Assembly: GCA_964639595.1 (NCBI GenBank)
Contig: CAZXEC010000001.1
Span: forward strand, 187,750-251,749
Source: an uncultured Gammaproteobacteria bacterium
Lineage (GTDB): Bacteria > Patescibacteriota > Microgenomatia > CAZXEC01
Reading direction: 5' to 3'
Length of the DNA: 64,000 nucleotides
This document shows, in pieces, positions 7,376 through 15,875 of the stretch; the first letter of the stretch is position 1, and every line of letters begins with the position of its first letter. A program made the translations under genes and the position numbers. Below the pieces are notes generated by a model that saw only the letters and a list, made by a program, of their open reading frames with translations, did no database searches and was not told where the DNA came from.

Positions 7376-10300
7376 ATGGCTACAAAAAATAAACCACACA
7401 GTAAAAAAGATAAAACTAAGTATCAATCCCGATTTAATCCCCGATTCAATCGGGGTAATCAAGATCAACAAGTAGCCTCTGCCAAAAAGACTGCTAGAAA
7501 AAAGAAGTACACCCAAGAGGAAGTCTGGGCACTTGGCAAAAATATTCCGCCGGTCCCGGCAGATTTGTCTGAACCTCAACTTTCTGAAACTGCATTCTAC
7601 ATAGCCAAAACACGATATGCTCTGCGTAATGATAAGAGTGAGCCGATAGAGTCGGCGCGTGAGATGTTTTGGCGGGTGGCATATAACATCGCTTGCGCAG
7701 ATCTTCTGTATCATGGCGACAGGAATAAAATGATTGAACAGGCCCAAAAGTTTTATAATTTAATGGCTTCTCAAAAATTTATTCCCAATACTCCCACCAT
7801 GCTCAACGCCGGCAAACCGATGCAGCAATTATCAGCTTGTTTCGTTTTGCCGATTGAAGATGATATGAAGTCAATCGCCAAAACCCTGGTTGATATGGTG
7901 ATGATTCACAAGTCTGGTGGCGGCACCGGCTTTTCTTTCTCCAGACTAAGGCCTTATGGTGATGTGATTAAGTCTTCCGGCGGCACCACCGTGGGTCCGA
8001 CTTCTTTTTTACAAGCTTACAATGATGTGACTTCCCAAATTAAACAAGGCGGAGTCAGGCGCGGTGCCAATATGGGCATTATGCACATCACCCATCCGGA
8101 TATTTTGAGATTTGCGGTGATGAAAGTTGATGAGTTTAATTTGACTAATTTTAATATTTCAGTAACTGTCACCGAAGAGTGGATGGATCAGGTTGGCAAG
8201 GATCAGCGGTTTGTTAATAGTGAGCCTGATTGGGAAGAAGTTATTGGAGAAATTAAATCTGCCCAGACTATTCGTGATGTTGATTTAAAACTTAAAAAGA
8301 CTGAAGACGGCGTCAGGAAATTATACGATTTGGTCAAAGCTACTCAACCGGATGAGGGTTACGATTTAATAAATCCCAGAAGCCAGCAGACAGTCGGCAA
8401 ACTGAATGCCTATAAAGTTTTCTTACTTATTACCCAACTGGCTTGGCATTATGGTGATCCGGGAATGATTATGATTGATAGGATCAATAAATCAGGTGCT
8501 AATCCCACTCCACATCTGGGACAGATTGAGGCTACTAACCCTTGTGTTACAGGTGACACTATAATTTCTACAGGAGAAGGGCTTATTCCCATGAAAGAAG
8601 TGGTGGAAAGCCATTTTGCCGGAGGAAAAAGATTCGGTGGTAATATGTCTTTGATCATTGATACCAGGACGCTTAATCATAAAACTGGCGGAACTTTACC
8701 AGGACGTGCTGTTAAGTTCTTTGATAATGGGATTAAGGAAGTTTGGAGACTGACTACTAAATCCGGTTTTACTTTGACAGCTACGCCAGATCATCAATTG
8801 CTCACACCAAAAGGTTGGGTGAAACTTCGAGATCTCAATACAGGAGACATAGTTTTGATCCAAAGCGGTAGAGGAGAATTCGGCAAAAACCGCCAGCTAC
8901 CGATTATCTCGAAGATTCCAACCATGCCTAATGACTGGAGCAAGGAATTGGGCATGGTTCTGGGATGGTTGATAGGAGATGGATGGGTAAGAACTGGAGA
9001 TAAAAACTGTCGAGTTGGTTTCACATTTGGTAAGGATGACCTAGATAGCCTCAATTATATACAGAATCTGATGAATAATTGGTATGGCAAAGACGTGAAG
9101 GCAGTAAAGAGAGAAAGAAATAATACCCATTTATCTTATCATAGTAGGGGGCTAGTAGATTTCTTTGTAAAACTAGGAGTAAAACCAGTTAAAGCTGCCG
9201 ACAAATTAGTTCCAGAGTCAATTTATACTGCGCCTGTTGAGGCAGTGGTAGGATTTTTACAAGGACTTTTTACTGCTGATGGTACGGTTAATTTCAAAAA
9301 AGGTCGTAATGCTTATGTAAGATTGACTTCTAAATCAAAATTATTACTGCAAGGCGTACAACTCTTGCTGCTTAATTTAGGCATATACTCCAAAATCTAT
9401 GACAGGAGTCGGGATTCAAGAATGGGGATGTTTCCTTACAAAAATAAGAGCGGTCAGCTGAAGACTTATACTCTGGATGGTGTTCTATTCGAGTTGTCGA
9501 TTTCAAAACAATCAGTAATGAAGTTTCTATCTGAAGTAGGTTTCCTTTCGGATCGCCACCAAGATAAGATTTCTAAATTTTCCACCCAAGATTTCTACGC
9601 TGATAAATTTGTAGATACTGTTTCCGAAATTAAACCATTTGGGAGGCAGCGAGTTTACGATTTAACCGAAGAGAAAAGTTTGACTTTTATTACTAACGGA
9701 ATAGTTAGCCTTGATTGTGGCGAGCAGCCGCTTCTGCCTTATGATGCCTGCACCTTGGGTTCAATTAACCTAGGGAAATTCGTCAAAGATGGTCAGATTG
9801 ATTACCAGGCCCTGGGTGAGGTTTCCCAAGAATGTGTGCACTTTTTAGATAACGTGCTTGATATGAATGCTTATCCTATTGCCGAAATTGCCGAAATGAC
9901 AAGAAAGGTAAGAAGAATTGGCTTGGGTGTAATGGGTTTGGCAGATCTTTTAGTCCAGGTGGAAATAGGATATAACACTGATGATGGTTTATCGTTGGCA
10001 GAAGATGTCATGGCCCATATTCAAGAATCTGCCAAAGAGGGCAGTATTAAATTGGCGCAAGTTCGCGGGGTATTCCCTGCCTGGAAAGGTTCAATTTTTG
10101 ATGATAAAAGTCCGCATTTCTTGGGGAAAAAGTTAATGATACGAAATGCGGCGGTTACTACTATTGCCCCAACTGGGACTATTGCCATGTTGGCTGATGC
10201 TTCGTCTGGAATTGAACCATATTTTGCCTTGTCTTATGCTAAAAATACTATTGAGGGCAAAAGACTATTTAATATCAACCCTTTCTTTTTGGAAATTGCC

Positions 10301-11299
10301 AAGAGGGAAGGTTTTTACTCGGAAGAATTATTGGAGAAAGTAGAACAAAACAGCGGATCAGTTGCTGGTTTGGCAGAAGTGCCGGAAAGATGGCAAAAAG
10401 TTTTTGTGGTTACCCGTGATATTACTCCGGAGTGGCATGTTAAAATGCAGGCCGCTTTCCAAAAACACGTTGACAATGCCATTTCCAAAACCATCAATTT
10501 TTCCAACAGCGCTACAGTGGAAGACGTCAGACACGCATACATGATGGTATATGAAACCGGTTGTAAGGGGATTACTATTTATCGCGATGGCTCGAGACAA
10601 AAACAGATCCTTGAGGTTAAAAAAGAAGGCTCCTATTATGACCAGTTGGCTGGTAAGCCAACTGGCGATGGAGTATCAAAAAACGGCCATGATAAAACCA
10701 TTGCTGTGGGGGACGATATGACCCCATACTTGCCCACTGCCAAGCCGCTTAAGGCTAAGGCTCCCGGAGAAGCTTGGGGAGTGAGATTGAAAAAGAAAAG
10801 CGATGTTGGCAATGTCTACACAGCAGTATACAGGGATGCTGACGGTAAACCGGTGGAGGTGTTTATTAATGTGGGTAAGTCCGGAGGATATGTGGCAGGG
10901 GCAGCAGAAGTGACCGGTAGGCTAGCTTCTCTGGCTTTAAAGCATGGAGCGGCCCTGGAAGAGGTAGCGGCGGAACTGGTGGGGATTGCCTGTGGAATTC
11001 CTTATGGTGTTGGCCCCAATGCTATTCTGTCAATGTTTGATGCTGCCGGTAAATCTGTTCTGGAGGCAGCTAAAACTAAACAGTTGCCATTGGCCATTGA
11101 TAATGGCGAATTTGAAGTTAGTCAACACGATGGTCATACCAAAGATAATCAACAAGAATCATTACTGCAAGCTCCAGAACAAGTCGGCATAGCGTACAAA
11201 ACTTTATTTGCTTCGTGCCCTGATTGCGGTTCTCAATTAGTGCTGGCTGAAGGTTGTCAAAAATGCTTAAATCCGGGATGCGGTTATAGTAAGTGCTAA
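7376..11299 (+). CDS. nrdJ: class II (adenosylcobalamin-dependent) ribonucleotide reductase containing an intein; C-terminal TSCPD/Zn-ribbon
   Basis: PNTPTMLNAG, QLSACF, GGGTG, QGGVRRGAN, TNPC..GEQ split by the intein, RRIGLGVMG, TIAPTGT, C-terminal CPDCG..GYSKC. Confidence 0.95.
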   Translation: MATKNKPHSKKDKTKYQSRFNPRFNRGNQDQQVASAKKTARKKKYTQEEVWALGKNIPPVPADLSEPQLSETAFYIAKTRYALRNDKSEPIESAREMFWRVAYNIACADLLYHGDRNKMIEQAQKFYNLMASQKFIPNTPTMLNAGKPMQQLSACFVLPIEDDMKSIAKTLVDMVMIHKSGGGTGFSFSRLRPYGDVIKSSGGTTVGPTSFLQAYNDVTSQIKQGGVRRGANMGIMHITHPDILRFAVMKVDEFNLTNFNISVTVTEEWMDQVGKDQRFVNSEPDWEEVIGEIKSAQTIRDVDLKLKKTEDGVRKLYDLVKATQPDEGYDLINPRSQQTVGKLNAYKVFLLITQLAWHYGDPGMIMIDRINKSGANPTPHLGQIEATNPCVTGDTIISTGEGLIPMKEVVESHFAGGKRFGGNMSLIIDTRTLNHKTGGTLPGRAVKFFDNGIKEVWRLTTKSGFTLTATPDHQLLTPKGWVKLRDLNTGDIVLIQSGRGEFGKNRQLPIISKIPTMPNDWSKELGMVLGWLIGDGWVRTGDKNCRVGFTFGKDDLDSLNYIQNLMNNWYGKDVKAVKRERNNTHLSYHSRGLVDFFVKLGVKPVKAADKLVPESIYTAPVEAVVGFLQGLFTADGTVNFKKGRNAYVRLTSKSKLLLQGVQLLLLNLGIYSKIYDRSRDSRMGMFPYKNKSGQLKTYTLDGVLFELSISKQSVMKFLSEVGFLSDRHQDKISKFSTQDFYADKFVDTVSEIKPFGRQRVYDLTEEKSLTFITNGIVSLDCGEQPLLPYDACTLGSINLGKFVKDGQIDYQALGEVSQECVHFLDNVLDMNAYPIAEIAEMTRKVRRIGLGVMGLADLLVQVEIGYNTDDGLSLAEDVMAHIQESAKEGSIKLAQVRGVFPAWKGSIFDDKSPHFLGKKLMIRNAAVTTIAPTGTIAMLADASSGIEPYFALSYAKNTIEGKRLFNINPFFLEIAKREGFYSEELLEKVEQNSGSVAGLAEVPERWQKVFVVTRDITPEWHVKMQAAFQKHVDNAISKTINFSNSATVEDVRHAYMMVYETGCKGITIYRDGSRQKQILEVKKEGSYYDQLAGKPTGDGVSKNGHDKTIAVGDDMTPYLPTAKPLKAKAPGEAWGVRLKKKSDVGNVYTAVYRDADGKPVEVFINVGKSGGYVAGAAEVTGRLASLALKHGAALEEVAAELVGIACGIPYGVGPNAILSMFDAAGKSVLEAAKTKQLPLAIDNGEFEVSQHDGHTKDNQQESLLQAPEQVGIAYKTLFASCPDCGSQLVLAEGCQKCLNPGCGYSKC
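7423..7468. repeat. nested 17-bp palindromic element copies with 4-bp flanking direct repeats, in frame in nrdJ
   Basis: TCAA[TCCCGATT TAAT[CCCCGATTCAATCGGGG]TAAT CAAGA]TCAA; 42 nt extra. Confidence 0.85.
8543..9715 (+). mobile_element. intein (391 aa) with LAGLIDADG homing endonuclease and atypical C-terminal Asp
   Basis: Begins CVTGDT after TNP; block B TATPDH; LAGLIDADG motifs LGWLIGDG and LQGLFTADG; ends VYDLT..FITNGIVSLD before extein CGEQP. Confidence 0.93.
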
Positions 11300-11307
11300 G
11301 TTAATAA

Positions 11308-11426
11308 TTACCAATACTACCAATTTCAAATGCCAAACGACCGATAATTTTGAATTGGTATTTACGTTTTTGTGAAACCAAAAGGCGAGCTTCGCTTAAT
11401 TGACATTGGGATTTATTGGTAGTATT
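11308..11426. repeat. intergenic imperfect inverted repeat built of TACCAAT/ATTGGTA units
   Basis: AATACTACCAAT (11313-11324) is the exact reverse complement of ATTGGTAGTATT (11415-11426); related element at 50867-50946. Confidence 0.6.
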
Positions 11427-11435
11427 AAGTAACTT

Positions 11436-12023
11436 GTGACTAAGTCTCGGCTTTACACCAGGACAGGCGATGGTGGTACTACTGGATTATTGGGTGGAAA
11501 AAGAATTGATAAAGATGATCAACTGCTTGAGGCTTATGGAACAATTGACGAGCTGTCATCTTGGATAGGACTTGCCAGATCTGTTGCCAAATTCAGGCAA
11601 TATAAGACAATTCTTCAGGATATCCAACATGATTTATTTATCATGGGAGCTGATCTGGCTAGTCTTTTTGCTAGAAAAAAAGCACGTCAACCCCGATTTA
11701 ATCGGGGTAATCGGGGTCAAAATATCCCCCAACTGACAGCAGATGATTGGCAGAAATTAGAGCGATTGATTGACACGTTTGATGAAAAATCGCCTCCTTT
11801 GAGATCGTTTATTCTACCCGGCGGGACAGAACTGGCGTCCAGATTACATATTTGTAGGACTATTACCAGGCGGGCAGAAAGACAACTGGTGAAATTGTCA
11901 AAAAAAACTAAAGTGCGAGCTGTTGATTTAATTTATCTGAACCGCCTGTCTGATCTATTTTTTGCTATGGCCAGGGCGGGCAATCGGCAAGCCAAAGTTG
12001 CAGACTTACTGGCAGCCAGATGA
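11436..12023 (+). CDS. pduO: ATP:cob(I)alamin adenosyltransferase, PduO type
   Basis: LYTRTGDGGTT, AYGTIDELSS, FILPGG, RRAER, YLNRLSDLFF. Confidence 0.93.
   Translation: MTKSRLYTRTGDGGTTGLLGGKRIDKDDQLLEAYGTIDELSSWIGLARSVAKFRQYKTILQDIQHDLFIMGADLASLFARKKARQPRFNRGNRGQNIPQLTADDWQKLERLIDTFDEKSPPLRSFILPGGTELASRLHICRTITRRAERQLVKLSKKTKVRAVDLIYLNRLSDLFFAMARAGNRQAKVADLLAAR
11687..11720. repeat. 17-bp palindromic element plus extra half copy, in frame in pduO
   Basis: TCAA[CCCCGATTTAATCGGGG TAATCGGGG]TCAA; 30 nt extra encoding PRFNRGNRGQ. Confidence 0.85.
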
Positions 12024-12032
12024 CGTAGTGTA

Positions 12033-12326
12033 TCAAAATACGAAAATTATTTTTGCCAGGATATTGTTTTTGGTGATTGGCCCAAAATGTCGACTGTCTG
12101 ATGATGATCTGGGGTTATCTCCCAAAACCCAGTAGGTATTGTGATCAACTCGGGTGATCCTTTTGATGATAACGCGATTTTCTTGGGGATGTTTAACAAC
12201 CACGACATCTCCTTTCCTGGGTGAGGTGAACCAATATGGGGTGGAGCTGGCAATGATTTGTTGATTCTCTCTCAATTCTGGCTCCATGCTGTGGCCATAA
12301 ATTTTGAAGCGACCAAGAAGAAGCAT
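12033..12326 (-). CDS. sodX: nickel-type superoxide dismutase maturation protease (S26 family)
   Basis: GHSMEP, IIKR, GDNPRSSSDSRHFG; coupled to sodN. Confidence 0.88.
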   Translation of the reverse strand: MLLLGRFKIYGHSMEPELRENQQIIASSTPYWFTSPRKGDVVVVKHPQENRVIIKRITRVDHNTYWVLGDNPRSSSDSRHFGPITKNNILAKIIFVF

Positions 12327-12793
12327 TATTTTTTGGCAGCAGCCGCTTCGGCACCGCCTGCTGCTGCTTTCGCTTTGGCAAACATGTCGGCAATTTCATC
12401 AACCGCAGTTTTTAATTCTTGAGCCGCTGCCATATTTACTTCCTGCTTGTTTTTAGAGCAGAGTTTGGCAGCTTTCCAGAACACCTCATGAAGCCCGGGA
12501 AACATTGATAAATGTTCTGGTTTGAAAAAGTCAGTCCAGAGAATCAACAGCTCTTCTTTACATTTTTGGGCATGTTCTTCTTTGGTTTTTACCATCCTGA
12601 CAAAGGAATTACGGTCAGCAATCGTAGGATTGTCTTTGGGCAAAGCCTCAATTTTTTCCACCATTTTCGCTACAGTATCAGCGGCAATTTGGGCAGGACA
12701 AGGATCATAAATTCCGCAAGGCACATCACAATGAGCCCAGGCTGTTTGTTGGGGAATGATATTAAGTAGTATTCTTAAAAATTGCTTGACCAT
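12326..12793 (-). CDS. sodN: nickel superoxide dismutase precursor
   Basis: Ni-hook AHCDVPCGIYDP after a leader peptide; LWTDFFKPEH. Confidence 0.95.
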   Translation of the reverse strand: MVKQFLRILLNIIPQQTAWAHCDVPCGIYDPCPAQIAADTVAKMVEKIEALPKDNPTIADRNSFVRMVKTKEEHAQKCKEELLILWTDFFKPEHLSMFPGLHEVFWKAAKLCSKNKQEVNMAAAQELKTAVDEIADMFAKAKAAAGGAEAAAAKK

Positions 12794-12962
12794 GTTATTA
12801 CCTTATCAAACAACTAGCTAAGTTGCAAGAGATATTAGTTTCTAGGTAATTATAGGTTTTGACACGAAGATTGGGATCATCTTAAAATATTACTACATAA
12901 TCAATGACTCCTAATTTGAATTTTGCTCTTGACACATTCGACCATCAGAGCTACATTCGCGC

Positions 12963-12999
12963 TTGACAAGTTTTAGCACTCCTGATATTATAGTGCTAA
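12963..12999 (+). promoter_or_regulatory. sigma70 promoter overlapped by a CIRCE (HrcA operator) upstream of lon
   Basis: TTGACA 12963-12968, 17 bp, TGnTATTAT -10 at 12986-12991; TTAGCACTC-N9-TAGTGCTAA at 12973-12999 (one mismatch to CIRCE). Confidence 0.88.
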
Positions 13000-13015
13000 T
13001 TTACTACTTGATGTT

Positions 13016-15439
13016 ATGGCAGAATTATATTTAGATGGCAAATCAGTTAGCCTGAAAAACAAAGTTCCTCTGGTTCCTTTGAAGGAAACTGTAGTCTTCC
13101 CGGGCACTGCTCTGCCTATTTCAGTGGGCCGTCAGCGTTCCAAAACCGCAGTTGATGCTGCTGCAGGTGAAGATGGTTTGGCTATTTTTGTCTGCCAGAA
13201 AAACGCCAGGATTGAAGTCCCGGGAGTCAAAGACCTATATGAAGTGGGCACAATTGCTAAAATCCGCCGGATCTGGAAAATGAATGGTGATTATAATTTA
13301 GTAATTGAAGGTCTATCCAGAGTAAGAATAGTCGAATTTATTCAAACTGAACCGTACATCGCAGTTAAAGTGGAAGAGATCCCTGAAGTTACTCAAAAGA
13401 GTGATGAGGAAGAAGCTTTGGTCAGGACTATTACTAACCAGATTCGCCGATACGGCGAAGTGGGTGGTTTATTAACACTGGAAGCATCCATCGCTATTTT
13501 TTCGTCAGAAGATCCCAATAGGCTGGTTGATTCAATTGCCGGCGGTATTGATTTTGAGGCAACTCGTAAGCAATATATCTTAGAAACCGTAGATTTAACT
13601 GATCGTTTGAGTAAAATTTCCGAGATGTTGGCGCATGAGATTAAAGTTTTGGAAATTGGTCAACAAATATCGTCTGAAACCCAAAAACGAGTTAATAAAA
13701 TGGCGGAAGAGGCGATATTAAGAGAACAAATGAGGTCTATTGAAAAGCGACTGGGTGAAGATGAAGAAGAAAGAGAATTTGATGAGCTGGCCAAAAAAAT
13801 CAAGGCGTCAAAGATGCCTGCTGATATTCAAGTTAAAGCCGAAAAAGAACTCAAAAGACTATCTCGCATGTCATCTGCCAATCCAGAGGCCTCCTATATT
13901 AGAACATACTTGGAATGGCTGATTGAACTGCCCTGGGTCATATCGACTGCCGGCAAGAGAATTGATTTGAAAAAAGCTTCCAAGATTCTGGACGAGGATC
14001 ACTACGGTCTTAAAAAAGTCAAAGAGAGAATTTTGGAGTATTTGGCGGTTCATAAGCTGGCCGGCAAAGTCAAAGGCCCAATTCTGTGTTTTGCTGGTCC
14101 GCCGGGGACAGGTAAAACTTCCATCGGCAAATCAATTGCCCGGGCCTTGGACCGTAAATTTGTCAAGGTGTCTTTAGGCGGCATTCATGATGAGGCAGAA
14201 ATCAGGGGTCACAGAAGAACCTATGTTGGTTCTATGCCAGGCAGGATTATTCAGGGGATTAAAAATGCCGGCTCTAGAGATCCCATCTTTATGTTGGATG
14301 AAATTGACAAAATAGGCATAGATTTCAGAGGTGATCCTTCGGCTGCCTTGCTGGAGGCGCTGGATCCTGAACAAAATAACGCTTTCTCTGACCACTATTT
14401 GGAGGTCTCCTTTGACTTGTCTCATGTGATGTTTATTACCACGGCAAATATCCTGGATACTATCCCGCCGGCTCTGCGCGACAGGTTGGAAGTTATCGAA
14501 TTTCCTGGCTATACCGAGGAAGAAAAATTCCATATCGTTCAAGAATTTATCCTACACAAACAAATCGAATCCCATGGTTTGAAAAAGAGCCAAATTTCTA
14601 TTTCCGAAAAGGCCCTCAAAACTATTATCAATAGGTATACCAGAGAAGCCGGAGTCAGGAATCTGGAAAGACAAATTGCGGCAATTTGCCGCAAAGTTGC
14701 CCGCCGGCTGGCAGAAAATAAGATTAAAAAGGCAACCATTACCGAGAAGAACCTGCAACAATTTTTAGGGCCAGCTAAATTTACTTCAATGCTGGCAGAA
14801 CAAAAAGACGAAATTGGCATCGCCACAGGACTGGCCTGGACTCCGGCTGGCGGAGACATTTTGTTTATTGAAGTGGCGCTAATGCCGGGCAAAGGCGGAC
14901 TCTTGTTGACCGGACAATTGGGTGATGTGATGAAAGAATCGGCACAAGCGGCTGTTTCCTACATTCGCTCCAGGGCGGAAAAGTTTGGTTTATTGGAGCG
15001 GTTTGCCCAGAAATTAGATATCCACGTTCACGTGCCGGAAGGGGCTGTGCCTAAAGATGGGCCATCGGCCGGAGTTTCCATAACTTGCGCCCTGGTGTCA
15101 GCGCTCACCAGAATTCCTTCCAGAAAAGATGTGGCCATGACCGGTGAAGTAACATTAAGGGGGAGGGTTTTGGAAATTGGTGGAGTTAAAGAGAAAGTGC
15201 TGGCAGCTCACAGAGCTGGTGTTAAAACAGTCATCTTACCATTTGAAAATAAGAAAGATTTAGAGGATATTCCCAAAAATATCCAAAAAGCTTTGAAATT
15301 TGTCTTTGTCAAACACGTGGATGAGGTGTTAGATATGGCCCTATCCAGAAAACTGGGCGGAAAATCAGGTCAACCAGTCACTAAAAAAATATCCAGAACC
15401 CATCGTGATTTTACTCCGGTTTTCCCGAGCGTTGGTTGA
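13016..15439 (+). CDS. lon: ATP-dependent Lon protease (endopeptidase La)
   Basis: LON N-domain, Walker [18 protein letters not shown], catalytic PKDGPSAG. Confidence 0.97.
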   Translation: MAELYLDGKSVSLKNKVPLVPLKETVVFPGTALPISVGRQRSKTAVDAAAGEDGLAIFVCQKNARIEVPGVKDLYEVGTIAKIRRIWKMNGDYNLVIEGLSRVRIVEFIQTEPYIAVKVEEIPEVTQKSDEEEALVRTITNQIRRYGEVGGLLTLEASIAIFSSEDPNRLVDSIAGGIDFEATRKQYILETVDLTDRLSKISEMLAHEIKVLEIGQQISSETQKRVNKMAEEAILREQMRSIEKRLGEDEEEREFDELAKKIKASKMPADIQVKAEKELKRLSRMSSANPEASYIRTYLEWLIELPWVISTAGKRIDLKKASKILDEDHYGLKKVKERILEYLAVHKLAGKVKGPILCFAGPPGTGKTSIGKSIARALDRKFVKVSLGGIHDEAEIRGHRRTYVGSMPGRIIQGIKNAGSRDPIFMLDEIDKIGIDFRGDPSAALLEALDPEQNNAFSDHYLEVSFDLSHVMFITTANILDTIPPALRDRLEVIEFPGYTEEEKFHIVQEFILHKQIESHGLKKSQISISEKALKTIINRYTREAGVRNLERQIAAICRKVARRLAENKIKKATITEKNLQQFLGPAKFTSMLAEQKDEIGIATGLAWTPAGGDILFIEVALMPGKGGLLLTGQLGDVMKESAQAAVSYIRSRAEKFGLLERFAQKLDIHVHVPEGAVPKDGPSAGVSITCALVSALTRIPSRKDVAMTGEVTLRGRVLEIGGVKEKVLAAHRAGVKTVILPFENKKDLEDIPKNIQKALKFVFVKHVDEVLDMALSRKLGGKSGQPVTKKISRTHRDFTPVFPSVG

Positions 15440-15797
15440 CTTTTCCGCCTAAAACCAGGGCTATAAAAATAAATCCCCACCCAAAAACAAAACTGGCCAC
15501 CGGAATCAGTTCATAAATTAACAGATCCAAAAGTTTTCTCACCCGGAAGTGTTCTTTGACGGTAATCAATGATTGCAGGGTTTGATTATAAAAAGGTTCG
15601 GCAATGTGCTTGTTATATTCAAAGGCAAAAACCAACAGGCAAAATCCAAAAAATAAAAATAAATGATAGCGGGTTGGTTTGGTAAGAGATAAAATTGCTG
15701 AAAGAAGCGCACCTGATACATAGGCGATAACCAGATAATTATGGATAAAAATAGCATAAATTGTGTTGATAACATTTTGTTCCAGGTCAGCCGACAT
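15411..15797 (-). CDS. hypothetical membrane protein, about 3 TM helices
   Basis: Hydrophobic helices; TGnTATACT 6 nt before ATG. Confidence 0.65.
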   Translation of the reverse strand: MSADLEQNVINTIYAIFIHNYLVIAYVSGALLSAILSLTKPTRYHLFLFFGFCLLVFAFEYNKHIAEPFYNQTLQSLITVKEHFRVRKLLDLLIYELIPVASFVFGWGFIFIALVLGGKVNQRSGKPE

Positions 15798-15875
15798 ACT
15801 TTTAGTATAGCAGATTAAACTACTTTAAAGTTGCATCATCTTGACAGGTAGTTTAGAATATTGGAAAGATACATT

